DNA of 64,000 bases from assembly GCA_951406725.2 (NCBI GenBank), contig OX597817.1:32364001-32428000 (forward strand), written 5' to 3'. This DNA is from Octopus vulgaris (Eukaryota). Both the position numbers and the translations under genes were made by a program. The notes below the pieces were generated by a model. It worked only from the letters and a program-made list of their open reading frames with translations. It had not been told where the DNA came from and did no database searches. Below are positions 47,688-61,463 of the stretch, piece by piece (position 1 is the stretch's first letter; each line of letters opens with the position of its first letter).

Positions 47688-49168
47688 AGGGCAGGATAGG
47701 CTTGGTTGGAAAGCCTTAGGTAACAAGATCTGTTGAATCGGGAGAGAGAAGGCGACCTGACAGGATAAAGATATACATAGAGACTTGTCTATGAGAAGTG
47801 ATGTCTTATTTGTCTTCGAATAAATATAATTAAAATATATACAACCGTTAGTTCCATTAATCCATTCGAAGCTGTTATAAGCAACAGATCAGATATTTCA
47901 ATTGTTACCTATTTCCAAAAGCATCGGGGAATTAACAAGAGCCACTAAAAGTTATATATATATATTTAATAAAAAAAAAAGATGAAGGAGAATTACTTTT
48001 CCGATAATTATTTTTCACTTTAATAATTAGAATTTAACAAATCGTCGTTTCATAAATAATTATCAGAAAAGTCATTCTTCTTCACTTTTTCAAATATACT
48101 AAAGATTTACACCAAGCAACGAATTAGTCTACAGACAAAGGTGGAGAAACACATATTTCTATGGATGTAACGGAGAATAGTCGGAAGATGATACAAAGTA
48201 TTACAGCGAAGTTTGTGGTTTAGAAAGCACAAGAGTAAAATAAAGAAATTCCAACAGAAAAGGAAACTGACAAAATAATTCTGTCAAACATCGAGATATA
48301 TAAAGTGGAACTTAGTAACATCTAGTGTCAGTACAGAATAGTCAAAACTTTTATCTTACAAGCGTGAGTGCGTGCGGATACTTGTCTGTGTAGACAATAA
48401 ACAAATGTTAAGTTATGAAAACAAATTAAAGTGAATTTGACCCATGATTGAATGAAACACCACTTTTCCTAGTTTCTATAATTATATTCGTGAGAATTAA
48501 GCAAAAGTTCCCAAACAAAATATAATTATGGCTATGTAGATATAAGCATAGGAATTAGAGAGAGGAAGGGAGAGATGCATATTTAAGAGTTGATCGTGTG
48601 AAACTAAATGTATTTGAGTCACAGGTACACTAGGCAATAATAAAATACCTGAACACTCATCACAAAAAGAGGAAATGGAATTGATTTGATTGTTAGCTTA
48701 TCAGATGCATAATTTGAATTCAATTTCTCATGCAATATCATCAAAATATGTAAAATTTTTAGAAAAGATTTATATTTCTAACTGGCATTAAGCTTTATCC
48801 CATTCAGTCAGTGAACGGTTTTAACCATGTAAACAAAAATATAAAATATTGAAAACAATTCGTGGCTATCACGGTTAGATCAAGAGATATGCTTTTAGGG
48901 GTACTTTTAGGTTGAAATCAGTTCAGTTCATTGATGCCGCTTAATGTCTTTGAGAAAGACACAAACGCAACGCAATCTAATACCTTTAAAAAATGTACAA
49001 TGCACTTAACGTTAGTTCTGTTATTGGAAAGCACAAAAGAAAAAATTTCAATTCATAAAACAAGAAAAAAAACAACACTAAAAGATAAACAAAGCAAATA
49101 TTCCTGATAACTGAATGGAAAAAGAAATTGTTAAAAAGTTAATAGAACGGTCAAGTGCACAAACTCAC

Positions 49169-49400
49169 CGTGTAAACGAGACGAAGAAGCAGGCAATGAA
49201 TGAATTAAGAGAGAAGAATAGGAAAAACCGAGGTCGGTGGAGGACTGCTGTTAAACAAAAGTGCAAGGCTTGAAAATGGGGGAGGAGAATGTAGATAGGA
49301 CAGAGGCGAACCTATTGAAACGACATGGCAGGTATCGGCTGATTACAGAAGCTAAACAGCGAAAGGACGAGGAAAATCATGCCACTTTTAAGTGACTACG
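49169..49400 (-). promoter_or_regulatory. Candidate non-coding first exon / promoter-proximal region of RMDN1
   Basis: Strong donor ACG|gtgagt at 49168. The exon is pyrimidine-rich and closed in all three frames. It lies in a CpG-retaining, repeat-poor stretch (about 45.6-49.5 kb) and carries a 22-aa uORF at 49380-49312. Confidence 0.45.
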
Positions 49401-52400
49401 TGTGTGAGTAAATAATTTATCCATTAAACAAACTTGAATTTTGACACACACTGACAACGTGCATACAGATAGAGATATGTGTCATTTGAAATATATTATT
49501 TGATTTAATTTAAATCGACATGATTTCCCTAAAGGAGAAATTTAAATAGGAAAAACTGATTGAACTCAGTTCTATCAATTGTGTATATGAATATGTGTGT
49601 GCATGAATGATGCTTAAGGGTTTATAACATGCCTGTGTGAATGAGTGTAAATATGGGTGTTTAAAGGAAAAGGAGGGTGAGTGTATATTTATGTATGAGA
49701 GTGGGTGTGTGTGTGTATGTGTGTTAATGAGATAACATAAGAGAAATAAAGAGACAAGGTAGAAGGAAAGACGGTGGGAGGACTGAAAAATCAGTAACAG
49801 TATGTTGGTACCCATAACACACTGAAGTTGACCTAGTCAACTAAAAGGCTGCCTTAACAAAATAGTGCCTTTGTGCCTTGGCAAAAGAAATGTGTATTAA
49901 GGCTCTCACAACAACCGAGAAAATTAAGGCTGTGAACTAATTACCTAAAAGAACCGCCATGAGTGTGTGTCTCCTCTCACTAGTACTGACATCCAGTCCT
50001 GGACACCTAAACTCTTCTAGAGGAAGAAGGGGCAGCACTTGTGACACTTTTCAGGACCTCCAGGACTAGCAGAGAGAAAGGAATACGTTAATCTTTAACC
50101 TAGGACTTAACACAAATGCTTGCGACATAAGAAACTGCTAAATGCAAATAAGGGTCAGCCAGAGGTGTTAAACAAGATGAGATAGTTTCAGTCTAACACC
50201 CCAAAACAGAAATGGGTGTTCTATTGTGCTTCCATGCAGTTTCCATCTACCAAATTTCACCTCAAAGATTTTTTTGATTTGAGGCTATGGGAGAACACAT
50301 GTCCAAGGTTCTGTGCTGTAACACTTAAGGCCCATTGCCAATTAAAGGATCTCCTTCGGTCATGAATGACCATGGGATTGCACCTAGAAAGTTCCCATCA
50401 CCCCAAGGCACAAGTCTGGGCAAGGTTATTTTATGGAAGACCAGCAGTCGCCCATGCATACCTGCCTCCCCTCTCCAGACCACCGATGTTATCCAAGGGA
50501 AAGGCAAAGGCCGATACAGCTTGGCACCAGTGACATCACAACTCATTTCTACAGCTGAGTGAACTGGAGCAATGTGAAATCAAGTATCTTGCTCAAGAAC
50601 ACAACACACAGCCAGGTCTGAGAATTGAACTCACTACCTCATGACTGTAAGCCCAACACTCTAACCACTGAGCCATGCACCAAAAAGCAACAGTATTTTA
50701 ACAGAAGACAAAATTATTCAGTTTTCATATATCCTCTCCTCACACTGCTTGACAATTACAGGTCACTGACATCCTTAAACTTCAAGGGTTCTGTCATTAC
50801 TATTTCAGTAGTAAGTACTGTGAAGTCTATGCTTCACTGATGAGGTCTAATAATACTGAAACAAGTACAAAGTTGTGTTAGAATAAATAAGATAATACTT
50901 GTCAGTGACTAACAGTATTTTTTTCTTCACCATATTTTATTTCTATGAGTTTTTAATACTATATTAAACATCATCATCATTTAATCCTTAAATCCTTAAA
51001 AATGTTTTAGCCCGAAGGCTGCGGCCATGCTGGGGCACCACCGCTGGAACGACATTTAATGTTCACTTTTCTACGCTGGCATGGGTCAAATGGAATTTAT
51101 TGAAGCAGATTTTCTATGGACAGATGCCCTTACTGTTGCCAACCTTCACCTGTTTCCAAGCAAGCTAATATTTCCTCCACGACCAAACACGTTGACTAGA
51201 GATAAACAGTCTTCGACTGGTATTTATTTTATCAAGTACCAAAAGGATGAAAAGCAAAGTCAATCTTGGCAGAATTTGAACTCAGAATGTAAAGACAGAT
51301 AAAATGCCACAAAGCATTTTGCCCAGTGTGCTAACGATTCTGCCAGCTCACTGCCTTTCTTTATATACTCTTTTATCTGTTTCAGTCATTTGACTGTGGC
51401 CATACTGGAGCACCGCCTTTAGTCAAACAAATTGACCCCAGGACTCATTCTTTGTAATATATTCTATCGGTCTCTTTTGCCAAACCCACCAGCATTGGTT
51501 GTCAAGCGATGGCGGAGGGGACAAATACAGACACTCAAACACATACACACAAAGTCTCAAAGCAACGAAAATATTTTGGCAAATTAAATTTAAATGTTGA
51601 AGTGAATCTAACAGTTTTTGTGTGTCTTAAATGGCTTATAAACACCTTCCATGCTGCAATTGTTTATATTAATATTAATTTTGATAATTCTGTTCTGTTA
51701 TAGTTGAAGAAAGTCCAGAACTGGGATTTTAAAAAAAGCAGCAATATACGACCTGTATGTGGCTTAGTGGTAAGGGTACTCAGCTCACAATCGTAAAGTT
51801 ATGAGTTCAATTCCCAGTGACACATTGTGTCCTTGAGCAAGACACTTTATTTCATGTTGCTCCAATCAACTCAGCTGTCCAAAATGAGTTGTATTTCAAA
51901 AGGACAGCTTTGTCACATTCTATCTGACGCTGAATCATCCTAAGAACTATGTTAAAGGTACACATGTCTGTGGAGTGCTCAGCCACTTGTATGTTAATTT
52001 CACAAGCAGCTTGTTCCATTGACTGGATCCACTAGAACGCTTGTCGTCATAACCAACAAAGTGCCTTGAAACCTTCATAATAAGACAAAGTAAATACACT
52101 TTGAATTAAAATCCAGCAAAGAAAAGTTTATAATGTTGCTTCTTAGCTCCAAGTTAGCCCTGATCAAAAACATTTCAGCCACGACCACCCCACTTTTTTT
52201 CTTTTTTTTTTTTTTTCCAAACATAGCAGGTGCAGGCACAGCCATGGCTGTGAGGTAAGATGTTTGCTTCAAGGTTCAGTCCCATTGTATGGAATCTTGG
52301 GCAAACATCCTCTACTATAGCCCCAGGCTGACAACAAAAACCTTGAGTAAATTTGGTAGAAGGAAACTGAAAGAAGACCATCATGTGTGTATGTATCACT

Positions 52401-55044
52401 GTCTCCTTACCTTGACATCATGTGATAGTTGTAAGCAAGTGTCACTGTCATGCAAGTGGTGTTTGGGAAAAGGGAGGATTGGTAACAGGAAGGGCATCTG
52501 GTTGTAGAATATCTACCTCAAAAATTCCATCCAACTCATGGAAGCAACAAAAAGCTGGATGTTAAAATGATGTAGATGATGATGAGTTATGCAGGACTAC
52601 ATTATTAAATGTGTCCTTTTTTAAAGTACTAGAGTCTGTGATTTGAGAAATATTTAGTTGTTATTTCTAGCAGGTTGAACAACTATGTGGAGGGCTGAAT
52701 GCTACAGCATTCAGACGGCAACAAACTCTCTATGGTTTATAAAATAAGGACATGTTTAAATATTAAATTGTAGAACACCTTGCAACACAATGATGGCACT
52801 GAAGCAATGTATTTTATCAACAAGCTTTGTGTCATCAGTCTAAACACCATTTTTTTTTTTGTACTAATTAATCAATAATCAACAGTTAACCTACGGTTGA
52901 TTCACTTTATTTTTGTTTATCTTTTTTTAAACATTGTGTTTTGTTTAGAGCATTAATGAAAGAAAATTTGATTAGAGTCTGGAAAGAATCCATTATGCAA
53001 TTAGTGAGAGAGCAACTTCACAAGTAACAGCTCAGTCACCAGGTGTGATCAATAGAGAAACAAAGAATAATGTCACAAATATATTATCCCATGTAATTTG
53101 TACCACTGCTTCAGTTCTTTTAGTGCCACCCTATAATAAAATGCAAATAGAGAGAAGTGGAAATGTAAAAGTGATTGTTTAGTGTACAAAGAATCAACGA
53201 ACAAAGACTTGTATCTCATCAACTAGCAACTTAACAGACAATAGAGAAACCCAGTATGTTATTTACAAATGAATAATGTAAGAGAATGCCATTTAATTCC
53301 CTCAAATTTCTTCCCTTAAAGTGAACATTGTTCAACAGTCTCTCTCACTCTCTAGCAAAAAGAGATACTCATCTCATTTATGTATAGATATATATATAAT
53401 TCTGGTTGTTGGTCATTCAGAGTCATTGAATTATATATTATGAGACCTGGTGACATTATTCCTCTTCTATCTTTATCTGTAGTCAAATAATTCTTTCTAC
53501 TATAGACACAAGGCCTAAAATTGCTGGGGAGGGCACTAGTTGATTGCATCAACCACGGTCCTTGTCTGGTACTCAATTTATTGTTGTGTATTGTACATTT
53601 GTTTAAATAGTTAAAAACTGCCAGTCACATGATATGTATGAGAACTTGTCTGGGTTTTTTTTTTTATTGCAATTAAAATATATTTCTTTACTTACCACAA
53701 GGGGCTAAACAGAGGGGACAAACACGGACAGACAAAGGGATTGAGTCGATTACATCAACCCCAGTGCGAAACTGGTACTTAATTTATCGACCCTGAAGGG
53801 ATGAAAGGCAGAGTCGACCTCGGCAGAATTTGAACTCGGAACATAAAGACAGACGAAATACGGCTACGCATTTCACCCGGCGTGCTAACGTTTCTGCCAG
53901 CTTGGAGACACACAATTGATTCCATCCCTACAGGACCACGGTTGATGTTGTTATCCCTTTTTATACATTCTACTGTTGGTTGTGCTTCCACTACATCAAG
54001 ATAGAAATTCGCAGTTTATGGCTATTTCATCCTTGTTCCTATACCTGTGCTTATGAAATAAGCAAATTACAAAACTTGATGTTTATCAACTCTGAAAGGA
54101 TGAAAAGTAAAGTCAACCTTGGTACAATTTGAACTCAGAATATAAAGCCAGAAGAAATGATATTAAGCGTTTTGTCCAGTGTAAGTATGATTCTCCCAGC
54201 TCACCACCTTTCTGTAGCCAGATAATAAAGACACAATGCAATAAGTAATGAAACACGAAGGTCTGATCCCTGAGCCAAGATATTTTCATGGTAGTCATCT
54301 TCCCATTAGCAGTCTCACTGTTGGGGAAATATTCAAGTTATGTAGAGGAAATGTATTCATCACATCCCAAAAATAGAGAAGATATGCATATATGTAGAGT
54401 AATAGCAGAACTCTTCAACCAACCATTTGTATGTCCTGTCTGCAACCAAAGCTACACATTCACATCAAAGATTGAGAATGTAGTCATTAAAAGGATCTAC
54501 AAATGGGGAAGATTGTCATCATCAGATTAGCTGGACAACCATAGACCATAAAAACCTGAATGTACATTTACAAAGTCTTGTTATGTGTATAATAATAATA
54601 ATATGGATAAATATGCTGACAATGCTCTTTTTAGAGAAAAGCAATTAAGAAGGTGCAATAAAAGTTAAAGGTGCCAGGTTTACAGCAATAATAATATGTA
54701 TAATGTTACATGAATTCAGTTAATATGGAGAGATGCTAGATAATACAATCAACCTAAATATAAAATAAATATATAATATTCACTTCAATTCAATAAGTTG
54801 CTAGATAATGTTTAAGTGTCTTAATGTGAATATCATCAGTGTTTTAGTGTCCATTTTTCCATGCCAGCAGATTTTCTACAGCTGGTTGCCCTTCCTATCA
54901 CCAACTCATGTATTTCCAAGAAAGGTATTATTTCCCTGTGACTGGACAGGTTTTCATGGAAAATTAGAAATGGAGGACACTGCTTGTATGACGACATCAC
55001 ACAATATTAGGGCAAGGAGAAAAACATATATGCGCATGGTTTGT

Positions 55045-55850
55045 TTTTGATTTTGGCGACTACACAGTATAGTAGGGTCAGTTGGGCATTGTCTGTGAGG
55101 AAAACACCACCATGATGCAATTCACTCTGTCAGAAATTTTGGAAACGACATGCTGTACTGCTTGGCATTTGTGCTGAAAGTTCCAATACAAACATTTCAG
55201 AGTCTTTGGGTGTCAATCTGAGGAGAGTGCAGAAAATTGGAAAAGTGTTGGATGAGTTTAATAGTGACTATGAAGGTACAGCAGCTCAGAAAACTCACTC
55301 TGATCATTCTGATAAGAAAAGAACTCCTGAATTTGTTGGTGGGATCTAGGCCATGATTGACAATTATTCCTCCAAGTCAATCAGGTCTGTAGCCACAGAC
55401 AAGGGAGTATCTGAGTTTCTTAGCAAGCAGGTAGTGAATGAAGACATTCCATTTTCCTCATACAAGATGAGAAAGGGCCAATTTTTATCCCAAGCCAAAA
55501 GGAAAGACCATGCTACGAAGCTTTTGAACAAACTCAAGCATCCCTTCCAACCGACCATGCTTTGGTTTTTCTTAGACAAGAAAAATTTCTGCCAGGATCA
55601 GATGGTGATTACAGAAAACAACTGTTGGCTTGCCATGTCCCCAAAACATGTACTGAGAGTGATAAAAATTAAGCATCCAGTCAACATAATGGTGTTTGGA
55701 ATGATCACTAGCGAGGGCAACATTATGCCTCCATTCATCTTCCCACACAGCCTCAGATTCAAAACAGAGGCCAACATCAAGTGCCTGGAGGAGGTAGTGC
55801 TGCCCTGGGTCAAGAGGGTGGCTGCTGGATGACCCTATGTCTAGCAACAT
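55045..55850 (+). pseudogene. Decayed IS630-Tc1-mariner transposase (DD37D/maT-like)
   Basis: ORF 55353..55832: HTH-like SKSIRSVATDKGVSEF, WFFLDKKNF (for FSDEK.F), KHPVNIMVFGMITSEG..PPFIFP, CLEEVVLPWV. Stops and frameshifts on both sides. Confidence 0.8.
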
Positions 55851-56709
55851 AGCAAGATTTGAACCCAGATTGAACCAGAAGAAATGCTACAAAACATCAT
55901 TTTTTAATTTTTTATGCTCAAATGATTCTGTCAGCTTGCTACCTCATTAATATATTTAAAAAAATAATAATAATTTATATCTGAAAAATACAAATCTGAC
56001 AATTAGAGCAGAATCATTTCAGATGGATCTGGTCAAATTGATGGATAGTAATTCAGTCAATAAATAAAATATTACAGTAGAAGCTGTTGAACACTGCAAA
56101 AAGGATTCAAACCACTGTTCTACATTAAATGAGACCATCCCTCAACTTCCTGCTGCTGCTGATATCAGTCTTCAGTTATTACGTAGTAACCTCACTTTTG
56201 ACATCTTCACACTTCCTGATCCTATATTCCCAAATGTTAAAATATCAATAATTTTACAGATGCCACTCAACTACAAATATATCTCTGCTCTCCTATTTTC
56301 ATTTGATGTTTAAACCCAATAAATTTTGATGACTCTACATTCAACTATAAAAGGAAACTAGAGTACATATCACTTCCACATAACACCCTCTCACATTCCA
56401 TATAATTCCTTAAGTATAATGTATATAGCATTACCACACTTGGGTTCATAATTTCAAAATTTAGATAAATGCCATACTTAGTAAATTCTAGAGAACATTT
56501 GAGTCTTTATTTTCTTCCACATAACACCTTAACTTAAGTTTTTATTCGCCCCATTTAATATTAATGTTAATTCCTCAAAAGCATTAATATATCAATATCA
56601 ACAGATTATTTGTTCAGAAAGTAGAATGCTCTTAAAATAGGAAACCTCTCTCAGGAAGCCTCACACACACACACAGTTCACTGAAGACAAACTAAAACTT
56701 TAAAGTCAC

Positions 56710-57135
56710 TTACTCCCTTTACTTGTTTCAGTCATTTGATTGCGGCCATGCTGGAGCACCGCCTTTAGTCGAGCAAATCGACCCCAGGACTTATTCTTTG
56801 TAAGCCTAGTACTTATTCTATCAGTCTCTTTTGCTGAACCACTAAGTTACAGGGACGTAAACACACCAGCATCAGTTGTCAAGCGATGTTGGGGGGGACA
56901 AACACAGATACACTAACATATACACACAGATACATACATATATATATATATATATATGTATGTACATATATATGACGGGCTTCTTTCAGTTTCCGTCTAC
57001 CAAATCCACTTACAAGGCTTTGGTCGGCCCAAGGCTATAGTAGAAGACACTTGCCCAAGGTACCATGCAGTGGGACTGAACCTGGAACCATGTAGTTGGT
57101 AAGCAAGCTACTTACCACACAGCCACTCCTGCACC
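56710..57135 (-). mobile_element. Family-1 SINE, full length
   Basis: Matches consensus. Confidence 0.92.
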
Positions 57136-58380
57136 TATATAAAAATTTAATAAAGAAGTACTCTAAAAAAGTATTGTCCATTCTTCAGTTTAATGTTAAA
57201 TTATTTTTTATACATAATAACTTGACATAAAAACAAGCATTAATATTAGATAGACAGATAGATGAGAGAGAGAGCTTGGCCATCACTTGCAAACAAGTAT
57301 GACCTGACGATTTGTACCCACTGTTGTTAATTATTTTAGACACAGACAATCAGTTGAGTAGACTGGAGAAATATGAAATGATATGCCTTGCACAAGAACA
57401 CATTGCTTGGCCCAGGAATATATCTTCCTATACATTGTTGTTGTTGCTTAGCCCCAGATTAGCTCTGATTGAGCAATGGTCAAAAGCATTCTAGCTATGA
57501 CTATCTCTCCTTTTCTTGAATGTATTATCCAATGCATCATTTTTTTTTTCTTTTTCAGGACAGTGAGGTATAATTTAAGAAAATTTAACTGCTATTTCTA
57601 CCAAGTTGTGTGACTATATAGAGGCTCCCTTGTTGACATGTATCTCATATTCTACACAATGGTGGCCCTAAAATCTTACCTGTGCAAAACACAAAAATTA
57701 GTTCACATCTATGTTTCACCCATCTACCTCATTTAGAAACTATCTTTTCTTTATGTTTTTCAACATATCTTTCTATTTTCAATTTGTTTACCCATAAATT
57801 CTTTTGTTTCCACTAATACTGCACAAAAAATTTGGTTGGTCAGGTTGATTAGTCCACATTACTCCATAAAGAGCATAAGATTGGTTTCTCAGTTTCTCTG
57901 GACTATACATTCCTCCCTGGACAGGTCGCTAGTTTGTCACAGAATTACTCATTTTTACCAGCTGAGTGGGCTGGAGAAGCATGAAATGAAGTGTTTTCAC
58001 ATTACTCGGTCCTGGAATAAAAAACTAGAATCTTACAATCATGACTCCAACACCCTAACAGCTAAACCATGCACCTTCACATCACAAAGAATTTATTGGT
58101 ATTAAACAAATCTTAATGGTTTCATCAACAAATTAGATGTCTATAAACAGAACTATACAGACTTTTATTTCAAGAACAAAGAAATCAGACAAGAGAAATC
58201 TGACAAGAATCAAATAAATACTCATTCATTAAATCCAATGGAAGAGTTCAAAAGAAAACCAATGACCATTGCATCAAAAATAAGAATTAATTAGATTTAG
58301 TTAAATTCTATAAAACATCAAATACCACTCAATAGCACAAATAGTTTGACAACACAAAGACTTGACCTCATACTCTTTAA

Positions 58381-58600
58381 CCCTTTCGTTACCAACCCGG
58401 CTGAAACCGGCTCTGGCTCTGAGTAGAAATGTCTTATTTTCATATGTTTTGAATTAAAATCTTCCACCAAAACTTAGTCACAATTTATGTTCCTAACACT
58501 GGCTTAATGATAACTAAGTTGTCTTACTAAATTCTTTGTTATATTTAAAGTAATTGAAAGAAACACAGAACATCTCAAAATAAATACAGTAATGAAAGGG
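58381..58600. mobile_element. piggyBac-type MITE (family A, 220 bp), opposite orientation to 22583-22802
   Basis: TTAA|CCCTTTCGTTAC ... GTAATGAAAGGG|TTAA. Confidence 0.9.
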
Positions 58601-60172
58601 TTAATCATGAACAATACTCAGAATTGTCAAAGCATAGAATAAACTACTCACACCAGTTGTTAACTGTCAGGACACTGCACCCTTCAAAAGTTCCATGTTT
58701 CCCAAAATTTACCAACACTATTTCTAACGTGTCTATGTACCCTTTCTGTTTTATAGCTGTTTTACTCTTCATTTTTCTGTCTTTTTGTGTTTTATTCTGT
58801 GCACTGAGCATTAACTTTTGATTATCATTGCTGTCTTTCTTTACTCGACTTACTGCTTTCACCTGTCCTCTCTATCACCCTTTTCTGGCACATTTTAGTG
58901 CATCTGAGCACTGTTTACAATAAGCTCATTCTTATTAGTATTAGTAATATTATCTCTGATGATCACTAATGGTGGCCCCCACATATATTCATCATCATCA
59001 TCATCGTTTAACGTCCATTTTCCGCGCTAGCATGGGTTGGACGGTTCAACCGGGGTCTGGGGAACCAGGGGCTGCTCCAGGCTCCAGTCTGATCTGGCAG
59101 TGTTTCTACAGCTGGATGCCCTTCCTAACGCCAACCACTCCGCGAGTGTAGTGGGTGCTTTTTACGTGCCACCTGCACAGGTGCCAGAGGGGTCTGGCAT
59201 CGGCCACGATCAGTTGGTGCTTTTTATGTGCCACGGGCACAGAAGCCAGCCGAGGCGGTGCTGGCATCGGCCATGTTTGGATGGTGCTTTTTATGTGCCA
59301 CCGGCATAGAAGCCATATTGCAGTCAAAATTTCATTAAAGGTGAGGGATAATACTCCAGCCCTTATCAGTTTACTAACCCTCTAGAAAGTTCAATGAAGA
59401 CCAACAGACTATTGGTCACATATAGAGGACAGTGTGACTGCCACACACACACATTGTATGCCACATGTAAAAGAGGATCATTCAACTCATTGACAAAGAT
59501 TTAATCATCAGGTCACATACATGTTATGACTTTTGACCCTGTGATCTAGCTACCTTAATACCCTCTCCACACAAGCCCACTTCTCCTCTCCCTTCACTGG
59601 ATCTCACTTCTTAGATTTTGCACTTTCACTGAATCCTTTCTACTCAGAAGTGTAACCTGCAGGAATTCCTGACCCACCTATAACTTTTTAACCTAAACAT
59701 CAATGACATCATTCTGACAAATGTCAAAGTGTCTGAAAAGGTCATGAACTTTATTCCTCGTTTTGTTAAACAAAAAACACCTGTAACTATCACAATTTAT
59801 AATACAAACAATGCTAGGAAAAGAAAGGCTATACACAACAACATCAGTTGTTTGAAAAAGAAACTGTCAAATGTAATGGAGGGTTTTACCTACCTACATA
59901 ACATTTACATAATATGACATACAATAATACTAAAGAACCAAAGTTTATTTTTTGATTAGTTCAATTTTTAACTCCTATTATACAAAATATAAATGCTCTC
60001 ATAAGCTATGGAGTTGTTCCTTGAGATGAATTCCATTAACTGATATTTTACGTAGCTTTCCAAAAATCTATACACAATAACAATACTATGTCAGATCTTA
60101 TGATCAGTATATATTTAACATCAGTATATATTTTATGTATCAAACACTGCTTAAGACATGCTGGATTATTTT

Positions 60173-60205
<33 letters not shown>

Positions 60206-60860
60206 TTAGCGTCCGCTTTCCATGCTAGCATGGGTTGGACGGCTCAACTGGGGTCTGGGAAGCCAGAAGGCTGCACCAGGCCCAATCTGATCTGGCAATG
60301 TTTCTACAGCTGGATGCCTTTCGTAACGCCAACCACTCTGTGAGTGTAGTAGGTGCTTTTTACATGCCAGACGGGGCTGGAAAACGGCCACGGTCGGATG
60401 GAGCTTTTTACGTGCCACCGGCACAGGGGCCAGCTGAGGCTGGCAACGGCCATGATCAGATGGTGCTTTTTACGTGCCACCAGCACGGAAAATATATAAT
60501 ATTATATTAATATATAATACTATATTATATTATTATAATATAATGCTACACATTTAAAAAGTCTTGAAAGTTTGCTAAACACATATGAAACCAAAGTATT
60601 GGTTGTGTCTTGAAATAAAGTAGGAGCTGTTTTTCTATTCAATTCATGATGTTGATCATCTACAAGTTTTAACTATTATGCTTAAAATATACAGCAATTT
60701 TGCGCACTTTGAACAGTACAAGATGGATGGATGGATAGATTTGTTTATTTTTATGTCAAGCTATAATATAATATAAAATACAATATTTTCATTACTTTAA
60801 AGAATTATTCAATACTTTATAATAGAGTACATGTTTATGTTGAGTTACATATAAAATATC

Positions 60861-60890
<30 letters not shown>

Positions 60891-60891
<1 letters not shown>

Positions 60892-61084
60892 GTTAATCCA
60901 AACAAGAAAGCACAAAAAAACACAACACGAGGACGTGGAACAAATATAGTATTATTGGACGCTAAGGAAAGAAGGAGGGTTTAATGTTTCGAGCGGAGCT
61001 CTTCGTCGGAAACATAGGAGAAGGAAAGATCCAGAGAAGAGAAGACAGAGGAAAAAAAATCACCAACGGTACACATGCGGTCAC
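60891..61084 (-). mobile_element. Penelope-like element pseudo-LTR fragment with a minimal hammerhead motif
   Basis: Minus strand GTTT-CCGACGA-A-GAGC-TCC-GCTC-GAAAC-ATT-AAAC at 60979-61013; next to a (TA)n tract. Confidence 0.55.
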
Positions 61085-61463
61085 AGTCATTTGACTGTGG
61101 CCATGCTGGAGCACCGCCTTTAGTCGAGCAAATTGACCCCAGGACTTATTCTTTGTAAGCCTAGTACTTATTCTATCAGTCTCCTTTGCCGAACTGCTAA
61201 GTTACAGGGACGTAAACACATCACCTTCAGTTGTCAAGCGATGTTGGGGGACAAACACAGACAACAATAACACACACACATATATATATATACATATATA
61301 TGACGGGCTTCTTTCAGTTTCTGTCTACCAAATCCACTCACAAGGCTTTGGTTGGCCCGAAGCTATAGTAGAAGACACTTGCCCAAGGTGCCACGCAGTG
61401 GGACTGAACCCAGAACCATGTGGTTGGTAAGCAAGCTACTTACCACACAGCCACTCCTGCACC
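61085..61463 (-). mobile_element. Family-1 SINE
   Basis: Matches consensus; tail clipped. Confidence 0.9.

Noticed and set aside
49510-49815. 101-aa minus ORF near the putative promoter
   Set aside because: Low-complexity (CA/TG)-derived translation rich in H/T/S.
52949-53030. Plus-strand acceptor followed by ALMKENLIRVWKESIMQLVREQLHK*
   Set aside because: Isolated, with no recognisable homology or supported partner exon.
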